A DNA stretch of 62,344 bases, the filler included, from Chiloscyllium plagiosum (Eukaryota): the NCBI RefSeq assembly GCF_004010195.1. It is 4 parts of one record of this genome, joined end to end, with 100 filler letters (N's around TTAATTAATTAA, not from the genome) between each part and the next. Parts side by side here need not be neighbours in the genome. Positions count along the whole stretch, not along the records: positions 21,922 to 42,974 come from NC_057714.1; positions 43,075 to 58,789 come from NC_057714.1; 2 more parts are not named here. One strand, given 5' to 3'. The number at the start of each line of letters is the position of its first letter. Positions within the stretch are counted from its first letter, which is position 1. The translations under genes were made by a program, and so were the position numbers. This document shows positions 37,342-49,950 of this stretch, in pieces. A model generated the notes under the pieces. The model saw only the letters and a program-made list of their open reading frames with translations, was not told where the DNA came from and searched no databases.

Positions 37342-37573
37342 ATTGTGGAGGGCTCGATCGTAACACAGAATTTATAAACTTGATGTCTGTGTCGATATGT
37401 GCGATCTTCTTGGAGATCCTCTCCACTTTAAGCCGGCAGTTAGTGGTGTCGATAGTAGTCTATCGACACCACTAACTGCCAGCTTAAAGTGGAGAGGATC
37501 TCCAAGAAGATCGCACATATCGACACAGACATCAAGTTTATAATTTCTGTGTTACGACCGAGCCCTCCACAAT

Positions 37574-37608
37574 CACCTGATGAAGGAGCGTCGCTCCGAA
37601 AGCTAGTG
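37574..37608 (+). ncRNA. Minimal type I hammerhead ribozyme motif (sense to TNS3)
   Basis: CAC-CUGAUGA-A-GGAGC(guc)GCUCC-GAAA-GC-UA-GUG: helix I CAC/GUG, 5-bp helix II, palindromic AGCU helix III, predicted cleavage after A37605. Confidence 0.75.
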
Positions 37609-39674
37609 TGCTTCCAATTAAACCTGTTGGACTATAACCTGGTGTTGTGTGATTTTTAACTCTCTGAATAACATCTTCAAAAACTCCAACTGGTTTATCA
37701 AACACTATTTTCCATTTACAAATCAGTACTGACTACATTAGAGTGTCCATTAATCACATCCTTTACAACAGATTCTAGCATTTGCTCTGTTATCTATGCA
37801 AGGCTGACAGCTCAGTAGCTATTATTTTTATCTCTCAATCACTTCTCAAAATGGATATTCTATATGTTCCACCTTTTAACCTGCAGAGATCATCACAAAA
37901 TCTATAACATTCTGGAAGATGATCAATATATTCATTACCTGATACACCCTGCAATGTAGCACCAGTCTCAGGGACTTATCAACCTTCTGTTCCATTCATT
38001 TGTCTGACACAATCTTCTTACTGAAATTGATTTCTCTCAATCCCCCATTCTCCTTACTCTTCTAGATCTCTAATTCGAAAAGGAGACTATTTCACATATT
38101 TCTCAGTGAAGTCAGACACAAGTGATCATTCAACTTCTCTGCCATTCTCTATTCCCCGTTGCAAATTTAAAGTGTCTGCTGACATCAAATGTCTAATCAT
38201 AAGTTCCGACTGCGCGTAATCACCTCCAAATTTTAGTGCACATGTTCAATAGTTAAAAAGTAAAATATTCTACTGTGTTTAAGTCATTTTCTCTTCACTT
38301 TTTTAATTTAAGGTTTTGCTATGTATAATCATTCTTTCATTCAATTCATTTCAGAGATTTCACTGCTATTACATAATCTCTTGGGTGTTAGCAAACATTG
38401 CCTTTTAGATGCTCATGACTGACTGTAAATGGAACCACATTCACTTCAGACAAATGTTTTGTTTTTACATACCCAGTTTTGTAGTAAATTTTTAATGTTC
38501 TTTGCCTGATTGCATCCATATTCTCTTTGCCATCCCTTTATCAGTTTTGTGGTCCTTGTTTACTGTATTCTAAAAGCCTTCCAATGCTCAAATTTATGAT
38601 ATTTTCTGCAAACTTTATCAGTCTTTCCTTTTAACTTTTAACAAGCCTTCACTTCTTTCGTTCACCATAGTTGATTGAAAATTTGGGGTTTTGTGCTTTG
38701 AAAAACCATAATTGCTGTAAACTTCTTAACAATTCTTCAAAAACTATTCATTGCTTATGTACTGTCATATCTTAATGTGTTGTCCGAATCCATCCTCAGT
38801 CAATTTGCCCCTTATAACTTCATAATTTCTTTTGTTCAAGTTTAGCATCCTGGATCCAGTTGGAATTACCTCACTTCCAAACAATTTAAAATTCTATTCC
38901 ATTTTGGTCACTCACCTATAAAAATATCTGTTACAGCAAGATTATTAACTTGCCCTTTATCATTTCAAAATACTGGATCTATAACAGCCTGTCATCTAAT
39001 CAATTTCTCAACACTGCTGTAGAAAGCCATCCCAAACACACAAACATTCATCCTCTGTCACCTATGTTCACTATATTACTCATACAACATGCTTCTCTAG
39101 TTCATCTGATTAATACTGTGTCTCACGTTACTATTACTCTTTCGTGGCCTATAAAATAATGTTTACTCCCCCTCAATTTTTCTTAGCCTCACCCAAATAG
39201 ATTTCACATTGTGTTCTTCAAATTGGTGATTCTCTCTTGCAAATGTACTGATCCCATTCCTTACTGGTAATGAAATAGCACCTCCTTTTCTTTTTTTCCT
39301 GTCCTTCTTAAATGTCAAAATAACCTTGAATGTTCAGTTTCTAGTCTTGGTCATTCTTTTCTGTAACTGCGATTAGATTATACCCATTTACCTCTATTTG
39401 TGCCGTTAAGTCATTGACCTTTGTTACGCAAGTACTTGCAAGTGTTCTTTAGTTTTGGCTTTTGGACTTTAATCTGCATTCCAGCAGAGTTGATGCTTGT
39501 CTTCATTAGCCTTCTTTCTAATTTCACTTTCCACATTCTACTGCCTGTTACAAACTTTACTTTCTGCCGACTTGAGCTACCCCTCAGATTCCCATTCCCA
39601 ACAGGCTAGCTTAAACTCTCTCCAACTTTTCTAACAAATCTTCCTAGAAGGATATCAGTGCCATTCCTGTTAAG

Positions 39675-40740
39675 CATAGAAACAGAAAATAGGTGCAGGA
39701 GTAGGCCATTTGGCCCTATGAGTCTGCACCATCATTCAAAATGATCATGATTGATCACGCAATCTCAGTATCCCATTCCCGCCCTCTCCACATATCCCTT
39801 GATCCCTTTAACCACAAAGGCCACATCCAGCTCCATCTTGAATATATCTAATGAACTGGCCCCAACAGCTTCATATGGAAGAAAATTCCACAGGTTCACA
39901 ATGCTCTGAGTGAAAAAAAAGCTCTTCCTCATCTCAGTGGTGAATGGCCTACCCTTTATTCTTAGACTGTGACCCCTAGCTCTGGACTTCCCCAACATCA
40001 GGAACATTCTTCCTGCATCTAACCTGTCCAGTCCCATCAGGATTTATGTCTCTAAGAGATCCCCCTTTCATTGTTCTAAATTCCAGAGAATAAAAGCCCA
40101 TATGATCCAATTCTTCCTCATATGCCAGTCTTGCCATCCCAAGGATCAGTCTGATGAACCTTCACTGTACTCTGTCAATAGCAAGCATGCCCTTCATCAG
40201 ACCAGGAGACCAAAACTACACATGATACTCAAGGTGTGGCCTCACCAAGGCCCTGTATAACTGCAGTAAGACATCCTTACTCCGACACCCAAATCCTATC
40301 GCTATGAAGGCCAGCATGCCCTGAGCTTTCCTCACTACCTGCTGCACCTGCATGCCGATCTTCAGCAACTGTTCCACCATGACACCCAGTTCTTGTTGCA
40401 CCTCACCTTTTCCTAAACTGCCACCATTCAGATAATAAACTGTCTTCCTATTTTTGCAACCAAAGTGGATAACCTCATATTTATCCACATTATTTGTATT
40501 TGCCAAGTATTTGCCCACTCAGCCAGTCTTTCCAAGTCACCCTGCAGCCTCTTAACATCCTCCTCACAGTACACGCTGCCACCCGGCTTAGTGTCATCTG
40601 CAAATTCCAAGATATTGCATTCAAATTCTTAGTCCAAATTGTTAATGTATATTGTGAATAGCTGGACTCCCAGTACTGAACCCTGCCACACCCGACTTAT
40701 CTCTGCCTGCCCCTGACAAGGACCCAACTTCATTCGAACT
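39675..40740 (-). mobile_element. CR1 LINE RT and 3' end
   Basis: Minus-strand ORFs: QGSVLGVQLFTIYINNLD, FADDTK, LQLYRALVRPHLEY and GKSRARGHSLRIKG. 3' tail at 39675. Confidence 0.9.
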
Positions 40741-41719
40741 AAGGTGTAACCTGTCCAGTTTGTATGGATCCCCATATTCCAGAAATGGTCTTTTTTAAAC
40801 CAAATCAGTGGCTTTCTCTCCTTCACCAATTCTCTAGTCACGCACCAACATGGGGTACTCAGAATAATCCAAAGATTACTGCTCAAGGTTTTATTGTTTA
40901 AATTTCTTTCTTAACTTACTAAAATCGACTTTGAGGATAGCATCCCTGTTCTTACCTATGTCATTGGTACTAACGTGGAGCATGACATTTGGCTGATCAG
41001 CTTGCCAAAAAGGATACCTGCAGCTATTGCATGATACCTGTAATCCAGTACCAGGGAGTCAACATATCATCCTGAAGTCACACTAACTGCTATAGAGATC
41101 CCAATCTGATCCCCTTTTACCATGAATGCACTATCTTCCTGCCCCACTGAACAGTTGAGTCACCCATGGTGCTGTAGACTTATCTCTACTTATATGCCCC
41201 TAAGTAACCATCACCATCACCAGTATCCAAATGGAAAAGAACTTTGACAAGATAGCCACAGGTGAGTCCAGTACTGCCTCACTGCCTCCCTCATGGACTG
41301 CCAGATAGTCAACTTTACCTTCTCTGCCTGTGCGCTCCTAACCTGCAGTATGACACTTCCTTAAATAGGCATCACTCTCTGTCTCTCTCACACACAGCAG
41401 TGTCCAGCAGAGCTCAATCTTGTGCAGCCAGCAACATTTGCTGCAAATATGCTCATCTTGGATACACAGTGTATTCATAACTTCACACATAATATCAGGT
41501 GTATATTCCAGCTGGACAAAGTGACTTCTGACACCAATACATTCAACATTATTTGTTACTGTTAGAACAACTTACCAGTTACTTGCCAATCAACTTCTTC
41601 TGTGTACCAAAGTGAGAGCCAAATACTGGAGGCTAGAAAAGGGAGACTTTCACAAAAAAATTCATTCACCAAACAGTCGCTTTGTACTCCATGCACCCAG
41701 AGCAGGAAGGCCTCTTTAT

Positions 41720-41825
41720 ATAGAAGCAAAACATAAACTGGTGGAAAATCTCAGCAAGTCTGGCAGCATCTGTGAAGAGAAATCATAATTAAAGTTTCGG
41801 ATCCAATGCTCCTTCTCCAGAACTC
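41720..41825 (-). mobile_element. Penelope-like terminus (family C), degenerate hammerhead
   Basis: Reverse strand ttctggagaaggagcattggatccgaaacttt...cacagatgctgccagacttgctgagattttccacc. Confidence 0.6.
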
Positions 41826-42059
41826 AGGCCTCCTGATGTACTCCCTGATAAAAACCCATTGAATTCAAGCTTCTGCCCACCAGTTTTAATTAGCCACAAC
41901 ATTAATAACTGCAGCTGCTCTTGTTATTTGCCGCTGTTTTCAGGCTGGAATAAAACTTCTCTTAATTTAAAGGGTAATTTTTGTTTAATTGTTGAGTAAT
42001 AAAAAACAGATTTTATATCAAAATTAACCCCTAAAACTTTCTCAGTCCAGTGTATGTTA

Positions 42060-42505
42060 CCCTTGATTTGCTTGGTGGGAAAGGTTGAGCTTAAAAGATG
42101 CTGTGAAGGAAGAAGACAAGTTGCTGCGGCCCATGTTTTGTATGCCACACACTGCTGCTACAATGCGTTGGTGGTGAAGAAAGTGAATGATTATGATGGT
42201 GAATTAGATGCTAATCAGGTGGGCTGCTTTGTCCGAGATGGTGTTGAGCTTCTTGACTATTGTTGGAACTGTACTCATTCAGGCAAGTGGAGAGTATTCC
42301 ATCACTCTCCTGACTTGAGTCTTGTAGATTGTGGTCAGCCTTTGGGAAGACAGGAGATGAGTTACTCACTGCAGAATTCCTAACCTCTAACCTGTTCTTG
42401 TAGCTACAGTATTTATCTGACTGGTCCAGTTCAGCTTCGATAATGGTAATCCCCAGCATGTTGATAGTGGGGAAATCACCATACTCTATATCATTGAACC
42501 TCAAA
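42060..42505 (-). mobile_element. CR1/L2-group LINE RT C-terminal fragment
   Basis: Reverse strand LTIYKTQVRRVMEYSPLA*MSTVPTIVKKLNTISDKAA. Confidence 0.65.
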
Positions 42506-42520
42506 AGGGGATTGTGAGAT

Positions 42521-42974
42521 TCATAGAAACTTAAAAAATGGAGCAGAAGGAGGCCATTCAGCCCTTTGAGCCTGCTCCACCATTCCTGGTTGATCCTCTG
42601 TCTTAATGCAATATTCCTGCTTTCTGCCCAAACCTCTTAATGCCTTTAAACTCTCAACTTTTATCTCTTTATTATGGGGGATTTCAACATGCAGGTAGAC
42701 TGGGAGAATCAGAATGGTATTGGACCTCAAGAAAGAGACTTTGTGGAGTGCCTCAGAGATGGATTCTTAGAACAGCTGGTGCTGGAGCCGACCAGGGAGA
42801 AGGCAATTCTGGATTTGGTATTGTGCAACGAACCAGAATTGGTCAGGGACCTTGAAGTGAAGGAGCCGTTGGGAAGTAGTGACCATAATACAATAAGCTA
42901 CAATCTGCAATTTGAGAGGGAGAGGGTACAATCGGAAGTGACAATATTTCTGTTGAATAAAGGGAACTATAGAG
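42521..42974. mobile_element. CR1 pieces: minus-strand 3' tail (42521-42660) and plus-strand APE endonuclease fragment (42670-42974)
   Basis: MGDFNMQVDW...FLEQLVLEPTREKAILDLVLCN...LGSSDHN is the CR1 endonuclease motif set, truncated by the assembly gap. Confidence 0.85.
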
Positions 42975-43074
42975 NNNNNNNNNNNNNNNNNNNNNNNNNN
43001 NNNNNNNNNNNNNNNNNNTTAATTAATTAANNNNNNNNNNNNNNNNNNNNNNNNNNNNNNNNNNNNNNNNNNNN
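42975..43074. other. Assembly gap: 44 N + TTAATTAATTAA + 44 N
   Basis: Identical linker. Confidence 0.97.
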
Positions 43075-43670
43075 CTCTCACTCTGTCTCTCTCTCACTCT
43101 GTCTCTCTCTCACTCTGTCTCTCTCTCACTCTGTCTCTCTCTCACTCTGTCTCTCTCTCACTCTGTCTCTCTCTCACTCTGTCTCTCTCTCACTCTGTCT
43201 CTCTCTCACTCTGTCTCTCTCTCACTCTGTCTCTCTCTCACTCTGTCTCTCTCTCACTCTGTCTCTCTCTCACTCTGTCTCTCTCTCACTCTGTCTCTCT
43301 CTCACTCTGTCTCTCTCTCACTCTGTCTCTCTCTCACTCTGTCTCTCTCTCACTCTGTCTCTCTCTCACTCTGTCTCTCTCTCACTCTGTCTCTCTCTCA
43401 CTCTGTCTCTCTCTCACTCTGTCTCTCTCTCACTCTGTCTCTCTCTCACTCTGTCTCTCTCTCACTCTGTCTCTCTCTCACTCTGTCTCTCTCTCACTCT
43501 GTCTCTCTCTCACTCTGTCTCTCTCTCACTCTGTCTCTCTCTCACTCTGTCTCTCTCTCACTCTGTCTCTCTCTCACTCTGTCTCTCTCTCACTCTGTCT
43601 CTCTCTCACTCTGTCTCTCTCTCACTCTGTCTCTCTCTCACTCTATCTGTCTCACTCTATCTGTCTATCT
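43075..43670. repeat. 16-bp polypyrimidine tandem repeat (ctctcactctgtctct)n
   Basis: About 35 perfect units abutting the gap, decaying to ctctatctgt at the right end. Confidence 0.97.
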
Positions 43671-43950
43671 CCCATCCTTTCTGGGGCTATTCTTTTCTTT
43701 TTGTTCTGCTAGACCAATTGTCTCTTTCTGTTGCTTTCAGTTGTAATTCAAATTGTTTCATTTCCTTTTCATGTTCAAGCTGCTTCAGTTGCAATTGAAT
43801 TAAATCCATTTCCAAAGATTCTGATGCAGTTTCTGACAATCATAAATGAAAGTTATTGCTGCAATTGCCTCCCTTTTTTTTTCCAAGGATAAAGGCAACC
43901 CCACCTCCAGCTTGTCTGTCAATCCCAAAAGCTTTGCCTTGCCCACGTTC

Positions 43951-44786
43951 TGTAAAGCTCCTAAAGTGACTTATTCCACCCACAGGGACCTCTTAGTGAC
44001 AGAAAGAGCCATTACTACACAAGGTATACCCTGTTTAAATCGACCGAATTCAACATCCGAAAAGAGAACACCAATACTCACCACAAGGATCCTAAACCCA
44101 ACCTGGAATTAGATTTTGATCCCAACAATAGCCCCCAATTTGATATGGACCAGAGCAAATCCCTTCAAAATATGTTAGGAAGATAGCCTAGACCTTAACA
44201 TTTTCTTCTGCTTAAAGTAACTGTAAGGCATTGCGATCCAGATGTAATTCAATTGATCAGACTACTCGACTTTACACAAAACACATTGTATTTTACACTG
44301 CAGTTAAAATACAGCCAAAATAAAATAAAAGAATTGGCTTAACTGTAACACTATTGAAACACTTAACAAAATGATATGTATATATTAACTATTACTAATT
44401 AATTGTTCCAATATAGCAATATCTCATAAAGACACCCTTGGCAAAGGCAAATTCAATAAAATAGATTTTCTTACATGCAATTCAAACAGCAGAAAGGGAA
44501 CCCCATCTTTTAGCTATAACAGAGGAATAAGAGCTTCTACATCCAGCTTCAAGATCCCAGCAACTATAGAGAGCTAAAACTAAAACTCATGGTACTGTTG
44601 GAGCTTGACCCATTCAGACTGCTTCTATTGTTCCAACTTTCCATCATTTTAAAAAAAAAAGACACACTTCTTAAATCCATTGTATTTTATCATCACTGGT
44701 GTACTGAAATATGGAATTGTTGGCATCTTTATTACTGGTTTAATCCTACTTACAATCCTCTTAATCTTCCAGACAAAAAAGTCACA
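43951..44786 (-). mobile_element. Possible solo LTR
   Basis: TG...CA-bounded block of about 835 bp with LTR-like composition; no TSD found. Confidence 0.3.
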
Positions 44787-45653
44787 GAATAGCTAAATGG
44801 AGCTGTAGACTTTTAAATGGAACAATTTTCAATTACATAGAAGTATTGCAGGATTTTGCCATGAGCTTGTAGTAAAACGTTTCCATTCTCTGTGTGCTTT
44901 GGCTGAAAGTAGGTTCTTGATTCATGGTCTAATTGACGTTTTGTTTTGGGGACAATCCATGGTGCAGCTAGGTCAAAATTGTTGGACAGAAATGTTAATA
45001 TCCAGATTTGACCAACTTGACACCAAGCGGCAAAAATGTAGGCAAGTGCCTGAGGTTGTCAGAATCCGTTCCCCTAACGCCCAGCCCCACACCACACCAT
45101 GCAACCAAACCCCCTCCCCTCCCAAGACCTTCCACTCATCTCTCATCAGTCCTTATCTACTTACTTCTGTGTGCTGTAGCTCCTGAATTGTGAGCGGCAG
45201 TACAGTATGTCTGCATCCCATTTTAAAATAAAAGTTCAGTGGATCAAATTTGAACATTGGGCCTTTTGAATTGCATTGATCAGACACTATCTGAAAATTG
45301 CCAATATTGTATCCATTCTTATTCAATCTCTGGGTGCAAACAGCTCTACAATGGTTCATCAAACTTCTTGAGTCCAATAACATGTAGCCAGTAACAAGGT
45401 AAGTGGAAGTGTTTGTGCCGTGAGGACCAGACAGGAAATAACATAGCGTCAAAACAGCAGAATTAGTGTCTTCAGACAAAAATCTTGTCAGTGCAGGAAG
45501 AAATGTCGAAGGCTTGATAACACAAGGTTAGTTGATTTATATAGTTTACTGCATGTGGGTCATGTGCCATGAGTACCAGGCCTGGAATTTCTGAAGGCTG
45601 AGTGGGATTGTTGTGGTGCTGGTGGTCAAAGGTAGCAAATGCCCTCTTCCATC

Positions 45654-45894
45654 AGATTTAAGAACAGCTTCTTCCCGGCTGTTATCAGATTATGAACAGT
45701 CCTCTCATGTATCAGAGCTGATCTTTCTCTGCACCTTCTCTGTAACTGTAACACTACATTCTGTATTCTGTATTCTGTACCCTGATATGCTTATGTACTG
45801 ATGTACTTATGTAAGTATGATTTGACTGGTTAGCATGCAAAACAATACTTCTCACTGTATCTTGGTACATGTGACAATAATAAATCAAATCAAA
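45654..45894 (+). mobile_element. Rex1/Babar-type LINE 3' end
   Basis: RFKNSFFPAVIRL coding end, 3' UTR ending cactgtatcttggtacatgtgacaataataaa, and an (atcaa)n tail. Confidence 0.7.
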
Positions 45895-48134
45895 AGGAAG
45901 CTGGTTCAGGTAGCCAGGATTTTATTATAAAGCAAGTTTCAATTTCAGCCCTTCTTTATAAATATTTGATTGTGCCTAAAAAGCTTTGCGTAGAGATTTG
46001 TACCTCCTTGTGAAGTAGCTACCCATTATTCCTCAATCTGCTGTGCAATAAAAATCATCAGATTTGGTGATAAGAGTTCTGGCCAGTTTCAGAGTGCTAG
46101 TTCTATTGATAGCAGTTCTGCAATATGTAAATGATGAGAAAATGCAGTTTGCTGGCCTCCTACCTTATTTTACTCCAGCCAATCATATAAATAGCAATGA
46201 CTCTGATTTGTGATCCTTTTACATTTGAGGTCAAATAACTGTGTATTGCAAAACCAAAAAAGAGCCGTCAGAAAATGATTTTGGGTGACTTTTTATTTGT
46301 TTGGACTGCATGTGGCTTGCAGACACTAGCAGGCCTTGATATTGCTTTTTCCTTTGCACATCGAGCATAAAAATTCCTGAAGTGAACCTGTGGCAAATCA
46401 CAATGTTAGAAAATGATCATTTCAGTTAAGGGGCATCTCTAGGCTTAGGAGTTCCCAAAAACTATGGTTTGCAGCCCTCACTGAAGTCATGGAATGAGAT
46501 TTGGGGATTTCACAATCTCCAACTGAATTCTAACAGCTATTTGGCCCCTTTTTAAATGGTTTGGTTATTTTCTGTTGGGATTAATCTTCTGTTCTGAGGC
46601 TTGATTGTTGCTACAACTACAGCCTGCAAAAAGGTAGACCTTACTCCAATTTCAGTGCAGACCCAGCAGTTTTAAAATGTCATCCTACACCTTCAAATTT
46701 CACTCTGACATCGCATGAAGTCTGAAGCATTTGAATAGGGTAACAGAAGGCAAGTTTGAGAAGCAGTGCTGTAGTGTAAGTCCGCCTATAAATTTGCAAG
46801 TCACGTGAATTAAAGTTCTCTTACCAAAATTATAGTGCACAAAACTTGTTAACTTGATAAATGTCTGGAATGCAATCAGTAATGTTTCCATGTAGGAGCA
46901 CCACCAGTCAAATGTTAAGAATTTAAAAAATGAAAATTGTAAATGTTGTATTGCAATATGTGGCATATCTGCTGAACTTGTCACAACATCCGTGACTAAA
47001 AGAGAACAGGTTGTGGTTCAGCCTGTTTGAGGAAATGAGGCTATCTGAAAAATTCCCCAGTTTATAATAACTCGTTAGAACTTGTTTTCAATTTAGCTTG
47101 AATATCAAATCATTTCTGTTTGCTAGAATGGGGGACGGAATAAACTAATGTCTTACGTAATAAAATTTTCAAATTTCTTCTTTCTTTTACCTCTTCATCT
47201 CCGCCTTAACATCCTACTTATCCCTATGATTGGTTGGTTGTCATTTATTTCTCACAACAGTGACTTTTCCTCATTTCAAAAACATGAATGTTGAGAGTCA
47301 ATTTTTAACAATGATCCATGTGTATGTAATCCAGCAAGGAAACTGGGTGGTGATCAAAGGTGGAAACCCAACAGTTTATATCTGCATTGCACCTTAAATG
47401 TAATAAATCATCCCATTGAAATGGAGGCAGTTGGATGGCTGCAGTGTCCTGTGGGGCAATGTGTGGCTGCTGAGAGCCACCAACCCCTATTTGCCTATGA
47501 CCAACACCTCTCCCCCTAATTTCTATTCCACAAGACCTCAAAGAAAATGATCAAGCTTCTCATCAGGTGATCTTCTATCCTGGGTGTCCAGCAGTGATCT
47601 CTGAGAATCAGAAGCCGGGCAATACTTTGCTACCGAGGCCCATAATTTGTTAAGAACCTCTTAAAGAACTAAGTGGAGTTTGATGCTGTGAGCTTTTCTT
47701 GTTGGGCAGGGAGTCAATCATCTCAGAAGAACCTCACCCTAGAGTAAAATGCATGGCAGACTAAATTTTTGTCGTAATTAGTTTTGTGTGTGGTTCTTTA
47801 CTGTACTGGATACTGCATTTCTTTCTATTTCGGGAAGTGTGCAGTTTCCTTTCAGAACTGAAGATTTTTGACACTTAAATAATGAAATCTCATTCAAGAC
47901 TTTTATGTATAGGCTATCTGTTCCTTTGATTAAACTGAGATTTTATGCAATGCTTTTAAAAGGTGAAGTTTAACAATAAGCATTTATCATATTATCACGC
48001 ATGTGAGAAACTATGCAAGTAGAAATTTAGTTAATCCAGTACCTGTATATCCATAGTATACAGTTCTTTTACCAGGAACTAATTTGAAATATATATAATA
48101 TCACAAGAATGTTTTCTAAGAAAAAGAACGTCAT

Positions 48135-48480
48135 TTGGATAGTTGAAAAAGTTGGGACTGTTTGCCTTGGAGAAATTAAAGTTGAGAGGAGATTTGATAG
48201 AGATATGCAAAATCATGAAGGGCTGGACAGAATAGAAAGGGAGAAACTGTTCCAACTACTGGAAGATTTGAAAACAAGAGGGCACTGTTTTAATGTAATT
48301 GGCAAAAGAAGCAATGAAGACATGAGAAAAACGTTTTCCACACAGTGAGTGATTAAGATCAGAAATGCACTGCTTCAGAACATGATAGAGGCAGGTTTAA
48401 TCAAGGCATTCAAAAGGCTAATTGGATCATTATCTAGAAAGGAAGGATGTGCAGTGTTGTCTGGAGAAGACGGGGAAATG
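48135..48480 (+). mobile_element. Old CR1 3' fragment
   Basis: GLDRIEREKLFQLLEDLKTRGHCFNVIGKR...MRKTFSTQ. Confidence 0.7.
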
Positions 48481-48649
48481 ACATTTGGCATAACCATAGG
48501 CCAGACGTCCAGAGTGCCATTGAAATATTTAACATATAAATCCAAAATGTATTTTTTAAAGAAGTATTAATATAGTCGAGTCAGATAGAGACAGGCATGT
48601 CATAGAATGTAACAGCTAGAGATGCAAAAGGAAATTCAAACAGCAGTCC

Positions 48650-49505
48650 TTCAAACCAGGAAGAGACAACTCAAAATAGACTGGGTTGTGATTTTTTTTT
48701 GTGATTAATGAATAACAGCAGGTGTTTAAACCCCTGTTCAACAGCAAACCACCTTTTCTAGATTATGTCCCAAACTGCAGACAGAATACACACAAACATT
48801 GGTTATTAAAGTCAGTTTCCACTGTAATGGAGTGCACTGGTGGAAATGAATATCTTTGTCTAAGCCAGAGAGCTAAAGTATCCATGTGTACAAGCTTGTG
48901 TTCAAGCATCGGTATACTCTGAATGTCACAATCATAAGAGCTCTTATGTTGTAAGTAAAGAAACTGAGTGCTGGCAGTCAACTAGCTAGTAAACTAGACA
49001 AAAGGAATCATCACAACAAAAGAACTGTCTCGAATTTATGAATGATGGAATTCAGTCACAGTTGAAAAGAATCTCATTGTACCCGCAAAAGATTGCGAAA
49101 CACTTCAATTATCAATGTTGTCGCAGCCGATAGCTACCACTGCAACATTAAACTATCTGCTCTTTGAAAACAATTCAGAAACTGATCCATGTATTTCTTT
49201 TAAAACATTTATCTGTTTAGGCTAACCTTTTATTTCTAATCGGTGTATATACGTAGCTTTACTAATTTTTCTCCCAATTATTAATTAATAAACTCACTCT
49301 TTGCTAACTCAAGAAAGTCTGTCTAAATTGGGTCCTTTTAAAACAACTTCATTTGGTTTTGGGTGAAAAGTTTCAACAGAAGTAAAAGCATCCATTTTAA
49401 ATGTGACCTTGTTGCGGCCAACCAAGGGGGTAGGTGAATAAAGAGGGGAGCCACTTTGTCGACTCTCGCCCTGGAGCTTAACAGTTTGGGGTGTCTTGTT
49501 GGAAT
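48650..49505 (+). mobile_element. Possible LTR remnant with degenerate primer-binding site
   Basis: AATAAA at about 49288, end ...cttaaCA at 49482, then gtttggggtgtcttgttggaat, loosely like a tRNA-Pro PBS. The left boundary is uncertain. Confidence 0.3.
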
Positions 49506-49950
49506 GGTTACAAATTGGGGAACCTCGCCTTTGTTCTGTGCGAAATATGCTCAGTGTATTGCTCATTCTGAGAGTTAACATATGATGGACTGAATGGCCT
49601 CTTTTGTGCTATAAGAATTCTAAGATTCTCTAATATGTGATCAGTCAACTTCCACTTCACACAAGGTAGTTGTGATAGTGAAAATTCAAGGAGAGATATG
49701 AGAACTGATTTGCATACTGTATTTTTAGAAAGTATCTCTAGTTTCACCTCCTGACTATGATTTGTCAGTCAGTTACACCTGATTCTCAAACAAACATGAA
49801 GCAACAAGTTCTGTTGGGTTTATTACAATTTGTTCAAACTTGGATGTTAAATTGCTCAATTATCACATGACATACAGAGGCAGATTTTAGTAGAATGACT
49901 TTCCCTGAATTTTACCTTTGAAGATTCATCTGACTTTCCACAATGTCTGG

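Larger units (their letters stand above)
37212..37660. mobile_element. Young fold-back Penelope-like insertion (family A): 201-bp inverted arms, 4-nt loop, 43-nt tail, 13-bp TSD
   Basis: 37255-37455 pairs with 37460-37660 (3 mismatches by eye), loop TAGT. tctctgaataaca is duplicated at 37199-37211 and 37661-37673. Confidence 0.93.
37055..39660 (-). mobile_element. Old CR1 LINE ORF2 (minus strand), host of the Penelope-like hairpin
   Basis: Reverse strand encodes decayed CLINQLEFFEDV...DKGESVDIVY...FQKAF across the 37212 insertion. The element probably continues at about 35500-35790 and 40740-41480. Confidence 0.6.

Noticed and set aside
37255..37660. Pre-miRNA or DNA-transposon MITE interpretation of the hairpin
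   Set aside because: The asymmetric tail, 13-bp TSD, hammerhead cores and ORF remnant fit a Penelope-like retroelement better.
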